DNA of 64,000 nt from the human T2T-CHM13v2.0 reference genome, Homo sapiens: NCBI RefSeq assembly GCF_009914755.1, contig NC_060940.1; one strand, given 5' to 3'. Below are positions 1 to 13,030 of the stretch, one piece after another. The position numbers were made by a program, and so were the translations under genes. Positions within the stretch are counted from its first letter, which is position 1. Each line of letters starts with the position of its first letter. Under the pieces are notes generated by a model that saw only the letters and a program-made list of their open reading frames with translations, was not told where the DNA came from and made no database searches.

Positions 1-1097
1 GGGAGGGAAGCACGCACTGGCCCAGGTCCCCGTGGGGGCTGGGGGACTGTGGGCCGGAAGCGCAGGCACTGCACTCCCACCAGCAGAAGGGTTCTCACAG
101 AGGTGGGTCGGCCATTCTGAAACTACATGCATGCTGGAAGTGAATGAGGAAGTAAAGACAGCCGAGACCATCAGGATGAGGCCTCACACTCTTGGAGAAA
201 CAAGGCCCACACAGGAGCGGGGAGCCAGGCTGAGCCCCGCAGTGCAGCAGAGACCTCAGGCCCACAGGGAGTCAGGTTTCCAAAGCAGACCCAGAAAGCA
301 TGGCCGTGTGCTCGGGGCCACAGCAGTCGTACCAGGGCCACCACTCCCCACAGGTGGACCCACACGGTAATGGCAAGGCGGAGCCGGGTGGCCAAGACCA
401 GCTGGAACATCGAGGGGCCAGTCAGCAACAGGAGCGCACGGGGCAGATGGGCAGGTGGACGCACAAGAGGGAGACCAGGAAGAGCTCCTGACAGCCAAGG
501 CTGGGGCGACTCATGGCATGAGACCAACGCTGGCGATGCCGGGCACCTGCAGGCGGAAGGGGTGGCTCCTGACAGCACAGCTCCAGTTAGCGGACACAGG
601 AGAGGGAGACAGGCCCAGCGCACAGGAGTGACTGCTGCAGACGAGAGCCGTGGACAGCGATGCGCATGGACAATGGGCTGAGAGAAACAGCCTCACGCAG
701 TCTCCACGTCTCTTCCAAGACACACACACACACCACAGAGGGAGAGACTTCAACTCATGGTGGACGGGCCTGACCAGGCCTCCAGGTCACGTCACCTATG
801 ACACCAGGAGCAGAAGGCCCCGCCTCACGCCTATAGGCTCCTGCCTAAGAAGCATCATCGCAGGCCAGGCCTGGGGCCTCTGACCACACTGCTGACCGAC
901 ACTGCCCAGAAGCTCCCAGCCAGGAGACAGGGCACGGGAGGGCCTGCCACAGCGTGGACGCACGGCAGGGTCTCGTCACCTCCACGGCTCCTAAGGCACA
1001 TTCAGGGGAGGCTGGGCGTGCAGCAGGTGCATAAACCTATCTCTGCTGTTTCTGAACTTTTCTGCCCATCTAAAATCAGTTCAAAATTAATGATTTA

Positions 1098-1434
<337 letters not shown>

Positions 1435-3394
1435 TCACTCTGTTCAGCACCACATCCACCCTGCCTCGACGAGCCCAGCCCCCCAGTGAGGGTTCTGCTG
1501 AGATGGGGCCCGTCGGTGGCAGGGATTCTGTGGGCCACCTCCAAGGTGGGACTGATGCGAGCTCAAGCGAATGCACAGCCCAGGACCCGGCACCACCCCT
1601 TCCTCTGGCTCAGCCCCAGGGCCGGCAGCTACAGCAGGAGCTGTGCCTTGGGCCTCAGGCAGCACCTGGCACCTGGGCCTGCCTGGGTCTAGGTCTGGGG
1701 GGTACTCAAAAGACCAGGCGGGAGGTGCACAGAACATTCCCAGGACTACTCAGATTGGCAGGATTCTAGTGACTTTTTTCCCCTGTATTTTCCAAATTTT
1801 CTACAGCAGTCAGACTAGTGTTATGATCCATTAAACGAGAAAACAAAACAACAAAAAGCACAGAAGGTCAGAAGATCAGAAGGTCTTACTGAGGAGAGAT
1901 CCTGGGGCAGGTTTTTCTGAATGTCATGACCCAACTGCCGTCTCTGTCTTCTGTGGATGAGCCTCCCCGGGGACGGCTGGGGTCAGGCTCGCGGGGAAGG
2001 GAAAGACCGCAGAGGTCACCGTGGGTGCAGTGCCCCTCGTGCTCCCTGGGAGCAGAGCTCAGAGCTTGGCAGGGTGGGGCCCGAGGGCGCCCGCTCCTGG
2101 ATCCTGCACAACGTCGCTGACATGTCGGCCAGCAGCACAGACCCAGCCTCACCCTCAGGGCAAGCTCAGCAGACCCCGTCATCCTCACCAGGGGGGTGCT
2201 GGGTAGCTGAGCCAGGTCAGGGCCAGCACGGCGAGGGGCCTCAGGCGGCCTGGGCCCACAGAGCCAACGCGTGTGGAGGGCCCCTGGCTGTACCTCACGC
2301 CACCTGCGAGTTTCAGTGCCCAGGAATCCCCAGAAGGAAATGGCCGTTGGTGACGGCAAGCCTGTTCTGGGCATAACACAACACACTCAAGCGAGACGGC
2401 TGCATCAACCACACAGTCCGCTAGGCACAGTGTGAGTGGAGTCGCGTGGTCTGGGAGGAGACTCCAGGGAAGAGCCAGAACGCCACACGCTGGGGCTGGA
2501 TGGACCCTGGGGGGCCTGAGAACAGGAGGGCAGGGGAGGCCGTGCACAGCTCAGGCCGTCACCGAGGACAGACGGGTGGGCTCTGCCTCCCCCATGAGGA
2601 ATCCCTGTGCCTGCTGGGAAAGACCCCAGTGGGTAGGAGGAGGTGGGAACCCAGTCAGGCCCCGCGGCCCAGGGCAGAGAGTGCACAGGGCAGGCAGCCC
2701 TCATGGGAATGTGCTCAGAGCAGGGCCCCATTTGGAGGGATCTATTTTGGGCCCAGACGTAGCGCAAGGAGCTGGGGGAGTGGGGGTGATTCCGAGATGT
2801 TTCACCTGAGCCTGCAGAGGTAGGGATGATGCCTGGGGAACTGGGCTGACAGGGTCAGGTGGAACAAGGTGAGGCTGGGGGCCGAGGACCAAGCTGCCCC
2901 AAGGGAGCTGCAGCTCTGCTGTCCCAGAAGCCCAAGGGAGGAGGTGGGGGAAGGGACTCATCGTGCAGGTATGGAGGCTCAGGGAACCCACGCGGGTCCA
3001 AGGGAGAAGGGGGCGGGGCAGGGGCAGGAGACACAGGGGGTGGCTCTCGTGAGGCCGTCCTGGTGGACGGGGAGTGGAGAGGGGAGAGTGAGCGGCGTGA
3101 AGGGGGAGCCCCACACGAGTGGGACCGGGGTGCACCCAGGGTGAGGGGGAGGTCAGGAGACCGAGGCCTGGCACGGACCAGCTGGAGGAAGGACCTCGGG
3201 TCTGCAGAACAGCTGGGCAGCTTCCGGCTTTTGCCTCCACAGCAGAAGTGGGGCTGTGTCTCCTCAGGTGGCAGAAGGTCGAGAGAGGTCAAGGGCCATG
3301 AGTGGGACAAGACGGGCTGGAGGAAGCCGTGACTAGGGGCCCCAGACGCATCCCAGAGAGAGAAGGCAGTGGCTCTCCCGGGCCCCGCACTCAC

Positions 3395-6300
3395 CACGGG
3401 GATGTGGAGCTTGCTGAGCGGCTTGCCGTCCAGGAGGTAGGAGCCCGTGTAGGTGACGTACTCGGCGTAGCACTGGGGCGCCTGCGGCGTGATACAGCAC
3501 AGGATCTTGCGCTTCTCCTCGATCTTCTTCCTGATCTGCAGGTATTCGAAGTAGGGGTTGGCCCTGTCGCTGTGGTAGGGCTCGATGGCATCCAGCTTGA
3601 TGGCGTCCACGATGGCGGCCAGCGTCTGCTGGATCACCTCCCGCGTCTGCTGCGTGGACGTGTTCAGCTGCTGCTGCAGCTGCTGGGTGGAGCGCTGAAA
3701 GCGGCGTTTGCGCGGATGCTGGGCCTGGGCGTCGTCCTCCTCGGAGCCGCGGGCCTTGGCCCTGGTGACCGGGGCAGGGGTGGGGGCGCACTCCTTCTCG
3801 GAGGGGGGCGGGCCCTGCTTGCTCTGGTTCGCGAGCATCTGCGCCCGGTTCCTGGTCATGCGCTGAGGGATCTCCTCCACTCGGGGGGCCTTCGGGGCTT
3901 CGGCCGTGGGTTTTGGTTCTGCGGCTTCCGGCTGGATGCCGCCAGGAGGGCCTTCGGCTGGGGCGGCGGCACGGGAGGCCTCAGTGTCGTCCTCGGGGCC
4001 GGCACCGTCTGCGGCCTGAGCTTGTGCCACAGTGTTCGGGGCGGGGCCGTCAGGGGCACAGAGGGACGCGGCGGGGGGGCCTTCAGCCTCAGCCCCCTGG
4101 TCTCCGCTCCCCAGTGGGCGCTGTTCTGGGGGAACGGGCGCGGGCTCCACGCTGGAGTCCGGATCCCCACGGGCCCTCTCTTCCGGCACCGTCTCCGCCT
4201 CCACCGCAGCTTCTAGAGCCACGTCCAGCTTTGGCTCCCCTGAGGGCTCAGGCTCGAGCTCTGCAGGGAGCCGGGTGGAGGCCTGGTCAGGAGGCAGTGC
4301 CGGCGGCTCCTCAGCCACTACGGTGGAAACATCCCCACCGTTTATGACCCCGGGGGCCCCTGGAGGCATCTCTTCTGGAGGAGCAAGACTTTCTTCCACG
4401 GGTTCCGCTTCACCATCTGCGGCATCTTTAGTCTGCAGGGGAAGCTCCGGCAGGGAGAAGGGCCCCAGGTCCAGGTCGTCCTCGGGGCCGGCGAAGGCGT
4501 CCGCCCAGGGCACCGGCTCCACCTGGCCGAGGTGAGACAGGCCGCGGCTGCCGTCCAGGAAGCTATTTTCCAGGGGCCCCAGAGCCTCCACCTGAGCCAC
4601 AGCGGCTACACAGGCGGGCTCGGGGGCCACGTCCAGCGGGGCTTCCGGAAGTGACTTGCAGTTGCTGAAGAAGGACTCCAGCCCGGAGGGAGGGGCGTAG
4701 GGAGCCGCCTCTGAGGTGGAGATGGCGGCGGGGACGGCGTCCACTCCGTCCTTGACGTCCTCCAGCCCCGGCTCAGCGACGGGCAGAGCGTACGGGGCAG
4801 GAGAGGCGGGAGGGGCGGGGTACGGCGCCTCCGAGGCGCTGAAGGGCCCTGGGGCGGCAGAGTGGAGGGGGTCCGCGGGGCAGAAACGCTTTGGGGACTC
4901 GGGGAATCTCTGTGGAGACTTCAGCAGGAGGTCCGAGCCCACAGGCCAGCTCACAGGGTTTTCAGAGGTGCCCCCGATCAGGCTAGAGGCAAGCGCCTGC
5001 TCGGAGGGGTGGGCCCACTCAACGGGCTCCTCGGTGATGACGGCGCTGAAGGGACCCTCGTCCAGCGGCTCCAGGTAGCTGGGCTCCGGGGGGATGATGG
5101 CGGCCGTCGCCTGCTGGTCCTCGGAGGTGTCCAGGTCCGGGGGAAGGGCCCCTTCGAGGGAAGGAACCAGCAGCTCGGCTCTGGGGGAAGGGGAAGGTTT
5201 TGCTTGTAAACTTGAGAAGACGCCCTCTGGAGACGGGGTGACAGTGACAACGGCAGCCGGTGGGCAGTGCAAAGCGTCGACTTTGGGCGACGGGAGGCCA
5301 TAGTCTGGGGAGTAGTACCCTGGCGACAAGCAGGCAAACTTCTCCGCGGGAACCGGGGGCAGGGGCGCCCTGTCTTCCATCGAGGGTGGCATGGGAGAGT
5401 CGTAGCTGGAGGCAGCAGGAACGCTCTGCTGCCTGAAGAGCTTGTCTCCGACGCTGAATTCTTCCTCGGGGGTCCTCCTAATGTCGACAGAGACCGAGCG
5501 GTAAAGGTTTGTGGAGAGAGGCCTGGCAGGAGCCTGGCTGGCGTTTTCCGAAAGCCCACTTGAAGCCACGGAGAACCTGTCGAAAAAGGAGGGGGAGCAG
5601 GCGCTGGTGGGAGCGGTGGGCACGGGCGTGGAGTGCTGCGAGTCGGCGCAGTCGAACACGAGGTCCGCGTAGTCATCGGCGCTGCAGGACGGGGTCCTGG
5701 GCGTGTGCATCACCTCCTCGTAGCTGGGGCAGGATAGCACCGACGTAGGGGTGGGCACGCCAGTGGGCCGGCTCTGGTCAGGCCTGGGGGACGCAGGCAG
5801 GACCTCTTTCATGTGAGGGCCTGCCAGCCAGTCTTTGGAGTCTGCACCTGATGCTGGGTGTAGCTTATTTTCCGCGGCAGGTGGAATAGGAGTCGACTCT
5901 TTGAGCTTTTTGTCTTTAAATGGAGGGTCCAGCCCCGGCGGTTTCTTAGCAGGAATGTCCAGACCCTTCTTCCGCCCGTCGTCTGCCGGCTTCGCCTTCT
6001 CCTTGAGCTTGGGGTCTCCGGACCGGTGCCTCAGCTTCTCCATTTGCTTCATCCTCTCCTTGTGCCGCTTGTGGCGCTCCTCGATCTCCAGGTCCTTCTG
6101 GGACAGCATCCTCTCGAAGCTGGTCATCATCAGGTCGCCGTCCCCCAGGAGCTTCTCCCTGGGCCTGGCGTCTTTCTTGCCTGGGTCTTTGGATGGCGCT
6201 ACCTTATCATTCCCGTTGCTCATCTTCACTGGGTCGCCCTTTTCTTTCTCTGCACCGTCCTTGAATTTCTCCTTCAGTTTGGCATCGCCGAGCCTCGGGC

Positions 6301-9300
6301 CCTCGTCCCTGGACTTGTCTTTGAGCACGCGGGGCGGGCTGTCCTTGTCCCTGGTGGCGGGCTTCTGCTCGTCCCTGTGATGCCGCAGGAGCTCGTCCCT
6401 GTGATGCCGCAGCAGCCCATCCGCATGCCTGTCCCGGTGCCTCTCCTTCTCGTCTCTCCATTTCTCCCTGTGTTTCTCTCTCTTCTTCTTCTCTTTTAGG
6501 ATGTTGATGGCACTAGATCCATAAGGCTTTAGTTCCTTTTCTATTTTCTTGGAAGGTTCTCTCTCGGAATCATTTTTATCTTTCTTTTCGGTAGAAAACA
6601 ATTCAATGGTTTTATCTAGCTCATCTTCTATGTCAGCTTTCATGTTGTAAGAAACTCCGTAAGCATCCGCCTCCAGGAAGTCCTTTTCGTACTGGCCGGA
6701 GTCCTTCCTGCTACCGCCCTCCTTGTAATCTTCGCCCTTCTCTTTCTTCTCGGCCTTCTCTTTCTTGGCTCGCTCTCGGTCGTGGCTCTTCTTGGATGAA
6801 GATGAGGAGTGTCTGTGCCTCTCCTTCTCTTTCAGCTTCTCAGGGAGGCAGGCGCTCTCCCTCGGCTTGTCGTCTCCAGGTGGCTCCGTGAAAGAGACCT
6901 CCAGGAAGGCAGTCAGCCCCGGCTCCTGCCCTCGGTCCGTGAAGCTGTCAGAGGAGACCTCGCTGATTTTATCGTTGGAGTCTTCTCTGTACTCATGGAG
7001 AGCCTCTTCTTCCAACTTTTCAAGCAGGCTTTTTTCCGCGTCGGCACTTCTCGAGGACTTCCTCTCCTTGGAATGTTCTTTGTCCGACTTCTCTTTGTGT
7101 TTGCTTTTAGCCTTGTCTTCGGCAGCGTGCTTCTTTTCAGCCTTCTCGGGGAGCTTCTGTTTATTTTTCTTATCTTGCGTGGAGTCCACTGAGGCTCTGT
7201 CCTTCCTGTCCTTGTACTTTTCTGTGGACTCTTTATCCTTCTTCTCCTTGTGCTTTTCAAAGACTTTCTCTTTTTTGTCTCTCCCCGCGTCGGCAGCCCC
7301 TCGGTCCTTTCTCCTGTCTCTGGGCTCCTTGTCCTTCTGCCTCTCAGGGTGCTGCTTGTCAGAAGACTTCCTGTGTCTGTCGGAGGCATAGGCCTCCCGT
7401 CCTTCCTCCTTCTCCTGGAGGCCGTCCGTCCTCGGCAAGTCGCTGGCCTCTCCCATCTTGAACCCGCTCCCCATGCAGCTGTCTCTGTCGTCCTCACTCT
7501 CATCTGTGAAGATGTCTGCGATGTACCAGCTTTTCTCTTTGCCTTTCTTGTCATCTTTTTTTTCAGAGAAGTCTTCTGAGATGATCCCAGGGAAAGCCTT
7601 CTCCTTCTTCTCTTTCCCTTGGTCGAGAGACGCTTTCCTTTCTTTGTCTTTGCCATGTGTGTCTTTATGTTTTTCCTTGGTATCTTTTTTCTCTTTAAAA
7701 CATTTATCAAATTCTTTGTCCTTCTGACATTTTTCCAGGATTGATTTCTCACTTTTGTCCTTGTCACTGGATTTCTCTTTGTATCTTTCTGGTTTTGTCT
7801 TCTCCTTCCTTTCCTTATCGGGGCCATCCTTCTTCTCCTTCTCTCGTGCTGGGTGGTGCCGTTCCCACGGCTCCAGGCCCTTCCCAAAGTCGCCGTCGGA
7901 CTTGTCCTTGAAGCCACTCTCGCAGCCACACTCCTTCAGCTCCTCCCGGTGCGCCTCCTCGGGCTTGGCCCTGCCGTCCCTGCGCTCCTTGCAGCTCTCC
8001 AGGGCGTCCTTTCTGTCCCGCCCGGCCTCTGCGGACTCTCTCCTCTTCTTGTCCTTTTCCGAAAGGTAGCCAGGGACACTTTTATGCTTTTCAGTCTGCT
8101 CTTTCCTCTTCTCAGAGTTTTTATCCAAATAGTCCCTGTCCTTCTTTCGGAAGAAGGGCTCTCTGTAGTCTCGCTTCTCCCGGGCCCGGCTGTCCCGCCT
8201 CCTCTCCTTGCTGTCCTCCTTCACCGTCTCCAAGATGAGCTTGGCCACAGAGTCGCTCTTCATGTCCCTGTAGTCTGTCACTGGCGAGTCCCAGCTGTCC
8301 TCCCCTTTGAAATCAAAGGATGAATCGGACAAGTCAGAAAACCACCGATCTCGCTGATCGTCAGAAAGGCTAAATTTGGTGTCTTCATTCTCCAGAAACT
8401 GATTTTTGTTACAATATTCGTCAAAAGCAGAATCTTCCCTATAAACCTTTTCTTTTTTGAGTTTTTCTTTATCTTCTTTAAAAATCTTCTCCTTCTCTTT
8501 TGAAATTTTGTCCTCTTTTAAATCATTCTTCTTCTCTAATTTTGAGGGCCGGTCTTTTGATTTCTTCTTTCTCTCCTCTTTGTACAGTCTCAGTTTTTCT
8601 TCTTTCGGAGACTTTTCCTTCAGCGATCTCTCCTTTTCTGCTTTATTCGAACGGTCTTTCTCTTCTCGGAAAGACCTGCTGATGTCTTTGTTTGTGTCTT
8701 TGATTCTCTTCAGTGATTTTTCATCTTTAAAGAGCCATTCTTTTTCTTCTAATTTCATTTTGCTAAGTTTCTCTTCTTTTTTAAAGTGGTCGCGATCGTG
8801 CTTTAACACTTTTAGCTTGTTTTCAGTGGAAAGATCATTCTCTAACAGTATAGCCTTATCTGACTTCTGCTTGGAGTCCTCATATTCGTAAGTAAAACTT
8901 TTCAACTTCAGCTCTTGGCTGATGGAACACTGTCCCTTCTCCTTGTTTTTGTGTTTGTGTTTTGTTTTATGTTTTTTGACAACTTTCCCCTCCTTGTCCA
9001 GTTTGGGGACAGCGCCCTCCGCGCTGGACAGGAAGGGGCTCTTCTTCTCCGACAGGGAGGCTCGCTTCCTGTGCTCCTGCCTCTTCCTCACTGGCTTCAG
9101 CGATTCCACACTGGAGCCCTCAGAGGAGTAGTCAGACTCGCTTGTCAGTCTCGTCCTTGTGGAGTCTGATAAAGAACTGACCTCTGACCAAGCCGGGGAA
9201 GAAATGGTTTTCCAATTGTCTGTCCGCCAGTGCTTGGTGTGCTGGTCTGTGTGGCTGGGGTTCTGCTTCTGGGCGGCAGAGCTCCCGTGAGACGAGGTGG

Positions 9301-9972
9301 AGGAGGCAGAGAGGGAGCTGAACAGGGAGGGGTCCTTCAGCACCAGCGGGGACCCCTTGAGGCAGCCAGAGCTCCCCAGAGAGTCCCTGTCATCCTCCCC
9401 ACTCTCTGAGGACTCGCTCTCCGACTCCGAGGAGCAGAACTTGTCGCTCCGCTTTCCGAAGCGAACCTCTCTGCCTTTTGTTTCTTTCTTTCGCTTCTTT
9501 TTCACTTTATTTTTTTCCTTCTGCTGCTTGGCATTAGAAGGCTCTCGTGTCTTACTACCAGGCAATATCGTATGTGCCGAGAGTCTCAGCTTCTCTCCTG
9601 TCCCCACGGTGACACTCGCGTCCTCCTCGTCCGACGTGTCTGACAGGATACGATGGGACGCTTTCTTTGGTGCAATCGTGTTATTTTTAGTGTAACTTTT
9701 AACCTCCATTTTGGGTATAGAGATAAAACTATTGGATTTCGTTTCTTTTCTGTAGTCCTTTTTCAATAGGTGCTTGTCGTCCACCGGAGGAACCCTGTCC
9801 TGCTCGTCGTCCTCATCAAACTCATACTCGTCCTTGACGGGGGCCGTGGCCTTCTGTGGCTCTGGGTTCTTGGCCTTGTGCTTGAGGCCTTTTTCGAACT
9901 CGGAGTCCGTGTTGTTGCCGTCGACTGAACTGGAAGGTGCGAAGGATGGTGCGTCTTCCTCTTCTGAGCTCT
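3395..9972 (-). CDS. ANKRD11: ANKRD11 giant exon 9 (6578 nt): Ser-rich, Lys/Glu/Asp-rich and Pro/Ala-rich regions plus start of the conserved C-terminal domain
   Basis: Core of the 2422-aa ORF 2855..10123. Acceptor ctccaacag|AGAGC at 9974-9973, donor GTG|gtgagt at 3394. Ends ...LSKLHIPV. The gene continues left of the window. Confidence 0.97.
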
Positions 9973-10361
9973 CTGTTGGAGGTAGGAAGCGAGAGGTCAC
10001 AGGCAGGCTCAAAACAGCTCTCCCCAGAATGGCAGAGGAGGGAGGCTCTGCAGATGTGTCTGCGGGAAGGTTCCCACCCTGCCTCTGCAGAGACACTTTG
10101 CTCGACTCATGGAAACCAGCCACAGGCAGGAGGAAACCAGACAGAGCTCAGCTGACAGACAGGGCTGGCATCTTAGAATGAAGACTGCAGGCTTCTCGGC
10201 AGTGACACACCTGGGCGGGGTCTCCCGCAGTCCAGAAGCTCCTGTAAGCCCCCAGCATCCGAGGAGGAGCTGATCAGAGGGGCAACACTGTGCAAACACC
10301 ACAGGGCAGCTCCTACCATCCCTGCATAAAAGAACAGGCAGCTCAGGTGGCCGTGACTTAC

Positions 10362-10509
10362 CCGTCGAGCTCTCCTCGCTGGAAGTGTAAGTGCCTTTGC
10401 CTAACAGGAGGTTCACCATCGTGGGGGAGTTGGCCACTTTCAGCGGCGTCTCGCCTTTCCTGTTGCTCTGCTGCGGGTTCCCTCCGTACCGCAGCAGCAG
10501 CTTCACCAC
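10362..10509 (-). CDS. ANKRD11: ANKRD11 exon 8, last ankyrin repeat (VVKLLLRYGGNPQQSNRKGETPLKVANSPTMVNLLLGKGTYTSSEESST)
   Basis: Acceptor tcttgtag|, donor CGG|gtaagt. 148 nt. 5' part of ORF 10009..10509. Confidence 0.97.
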
Positions 10510-10959
10510 CTACAAGACAGTAACACCCGCGTCAGGGACTGCTGGAGAAGCACAACTCCTCTACCGTTCCGCATAACACGGCAGCCCCTTCCAAGAACCC
10601 TGGGGTTCGACCCGAGAGCAGCCCCTCACGGTCTGAGGGTGTGGGAGCCGAGCGCCCAGGGACTGCCTGGCGAGGCTCTGGGTGTGGTGGGCGAGGCTGT
10701 GGCTCCTCTGTGGGAAGGGCTGCAGCCGCGGGGGCTCCCGCACCCCTCCTGTGCTCTCCTTCAGAAGGGCTCTGCCTCCTTTGGATTTTTTTCCACCATT
10801 TCTCCGTTGCCGCAAGTAGACGACTTCCCAGGAATCTTCTCACGAAGGCTCTCCCCTCCCGCCAACAGTGAGCTCCTCAGCAGAGTGGTGCCGGAGTGGT
10901 CGTGGAGGGCTCAGGCAAGAGGTTAGGGAGAAGAGTGTTATGGAAAGGGTTGGGGGGAC

Positions 10960-11010
10960 AGAATAGAGGAAACAAAGACCAAGTTTCTGCAAGCTGCTTT
11001 ATTTTTTATT
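10960..11010 (-). terminator. Candidate intronic polyadenylation site in intron 7
   Basis: Two AATAAA (11010-11005, 11003-10998), with upstream TGTA motifs and a downstream T/GT-rich element ttggtctttgtttcctctatt. Confidence 0.6.
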
Positions 11011-11326
11011 TTCATTTACATTAGAAAATAATCTCTCCCTTGCTTGATTTTACAAGGGTAAGGGTGGTCACATGACTGACAGAGACAACCATGGTGACAC
11101 AGCTCTTTTCAGCTGTTCATCACCAGCAACCTGGATTTCCTATGCCCAGAACAGCAATGCACTGAACTCAAGTACAAATTAAATTTAATCCCAACTTTAG
11201 TCCAGTCTGAGATTAGCGCATTCAAAGAATCTGTCATAACGTTTACTATAGACTCTTGTCGCCCACAGAATCAGTTTCCAGTTCGTGTGTGACATGTTCT
11301 ATTGTTGAATCAGTACAGAGTTCTTA

Positions 11327-11741
11327 TGTGTGTGAGTTTTCTATGGTGACTACACAAAACCTCAGGCTTACAATTGTGGAGGTCAGAGGTCAAGGTGCTG
11401 GCAGGGCAGGATCCTTCCTTTCCTCCATCATGGGGGCTGCTGGCAGAATTCAGTTTCTTGCAGGGCTGGGACGGAGGTCCCCAGTCCCAGCTGCTTAGGG
11501 GCCACCACACTCCTCGGCCCTCCTCTAAGGCCAGCAGCGCAGGTGCGGCCCTCCTCGGGTTCTAACCTCTCCTGCTTCTGGCATCTCTCAGACTCAGCAG
11601 GAAAGGCTCTCAAGCTTTAAGGGCCCATGGGGCTGCCCTGGGCCTGCAAGATGACCTAGGACAATCTCCCCATGTGAGGCACTCACAAGGTCTGGGGGTC
11701 ACAACACGGGCATCTTGGGGGCCATTATCCTGCCTACCTCA
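11327..11741. mobile_element. MaLR solo LTR remnant (MLT1-type)
   Basis: ggaggtcagaggtcaaggtg..ggcagaattcagtttcttg..aaggccagca..cttgggggccattatcctgcctac motifs typical of MLT1. Confidence 0.65.
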
Positions 11742-12793
11742 CCGTAATTCCAGGGTCCTTGACATTTTTCGTAATAAAAAGTTTAAAAGTGGTAATTACA
11801 GAACTATAAAGCTGCATCGGATGCCCCAGCCCCATCACCCTCCAGGGCCATTCCCCTCACACCTGCCCTCCCCTGCAGCACTGAGCGAATCCCAGACACT
11901 GCAGAGCCTTTTCCAGTTCACGTCTCTGGAAGAGCCCATAAAACAGAAACAGTATAAACCATAGTGCCATTCATTATCTTACCCAGAAGTTTAACGGTCA
12001 TATTTTAACATCAAATAGGGACTCAGTGTTCTGAGTTCCCTGCTCGTCTCAGAGTCTTCAATCCACCCCCCACCCCACCGGAACAAGCCGTTTCTCAAGT
12101 GAGCTCTTTAAGGCCAAGGCACTGTGGGCTCCAGGACCTCCAGCAATGGCCAGGCTGGGCTTGCTGCAGAGGAGCACGACGGGCACCAGCAGATGTGGCC
12201 CCGTGTGACCCCTCAGCCTTGCTGTCCTGCCTGCAACCAGGGGCTCTCCACGGAGCTCTGATGAAGACATCAGTGAGACCCGCCGCATCTCCAGGCAGCA
12301 CCCCTGCTTTCCGGCAGGACGGGGCTGTCAGGCACACCACGACCTCTCTCGACCCCCACAGAGGCTGAGACCTCTCAGTGCCCACTGCTCCTGGGCCGGC
12401 CACAATGGCCACTTTCTAAAGCTTGAGTCTATGGTTCTGTGCACTGGCCACACCTCTTGGTGTTACCTCATTCCAGACGAGGGTGGGTCTGCCTTGCAGG
12501 TCTAACAGTCCCACAGTGGTGACGGGGACCGGCAGCAACTCCTGCAGGCCTCCTTCCACTTGGTGTAATCCTTCACCTGCTCAAATCCAACCAGACCTAC
12601 ACGGCTAGCGGATACGAGCCTTTCATAGATGGCACTTGCTGGGAAACCTGTGAGAGGCCGTCCAGGCTGACCCAGAAGGGGAAAGCTGGGGGCAGACAGA
12701 GGGCACAGCTCGGCCTTGAGGGTGGGCAAGGCGAAAACTCGCTTTCCTGTGCCCCACATCATGGAACCGGCTAGCTACGGGGAAACAAAGCTA

Positions 12794-13030
<237 letters not shown>

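Noticed and set aside
2855-10123. 2422-aa ORF as a single-exon gene
   Set aside because: Canonical splice sites at 9972 and 3395 join ANKRD11 exons in frame. The ORF ends are intronic read-through and the track's start is not an ATG.
3302-10181. Many plus-strand ORFs antisense to exon 9
   Set aside because: Shadow ORFs expected from GC-rich and K/E/D codon bias. Low-complexity S/F/L translations with no independent gene signals.
10532-10930. Possible extra exon in intron 7 (pyrimidine tract, ccctaac branch point, ORF 10532..10843)
   Set aside because: The first AG is a weak GAG, no convincing donor was found and there is an early in-frame stop. Too weak to call.
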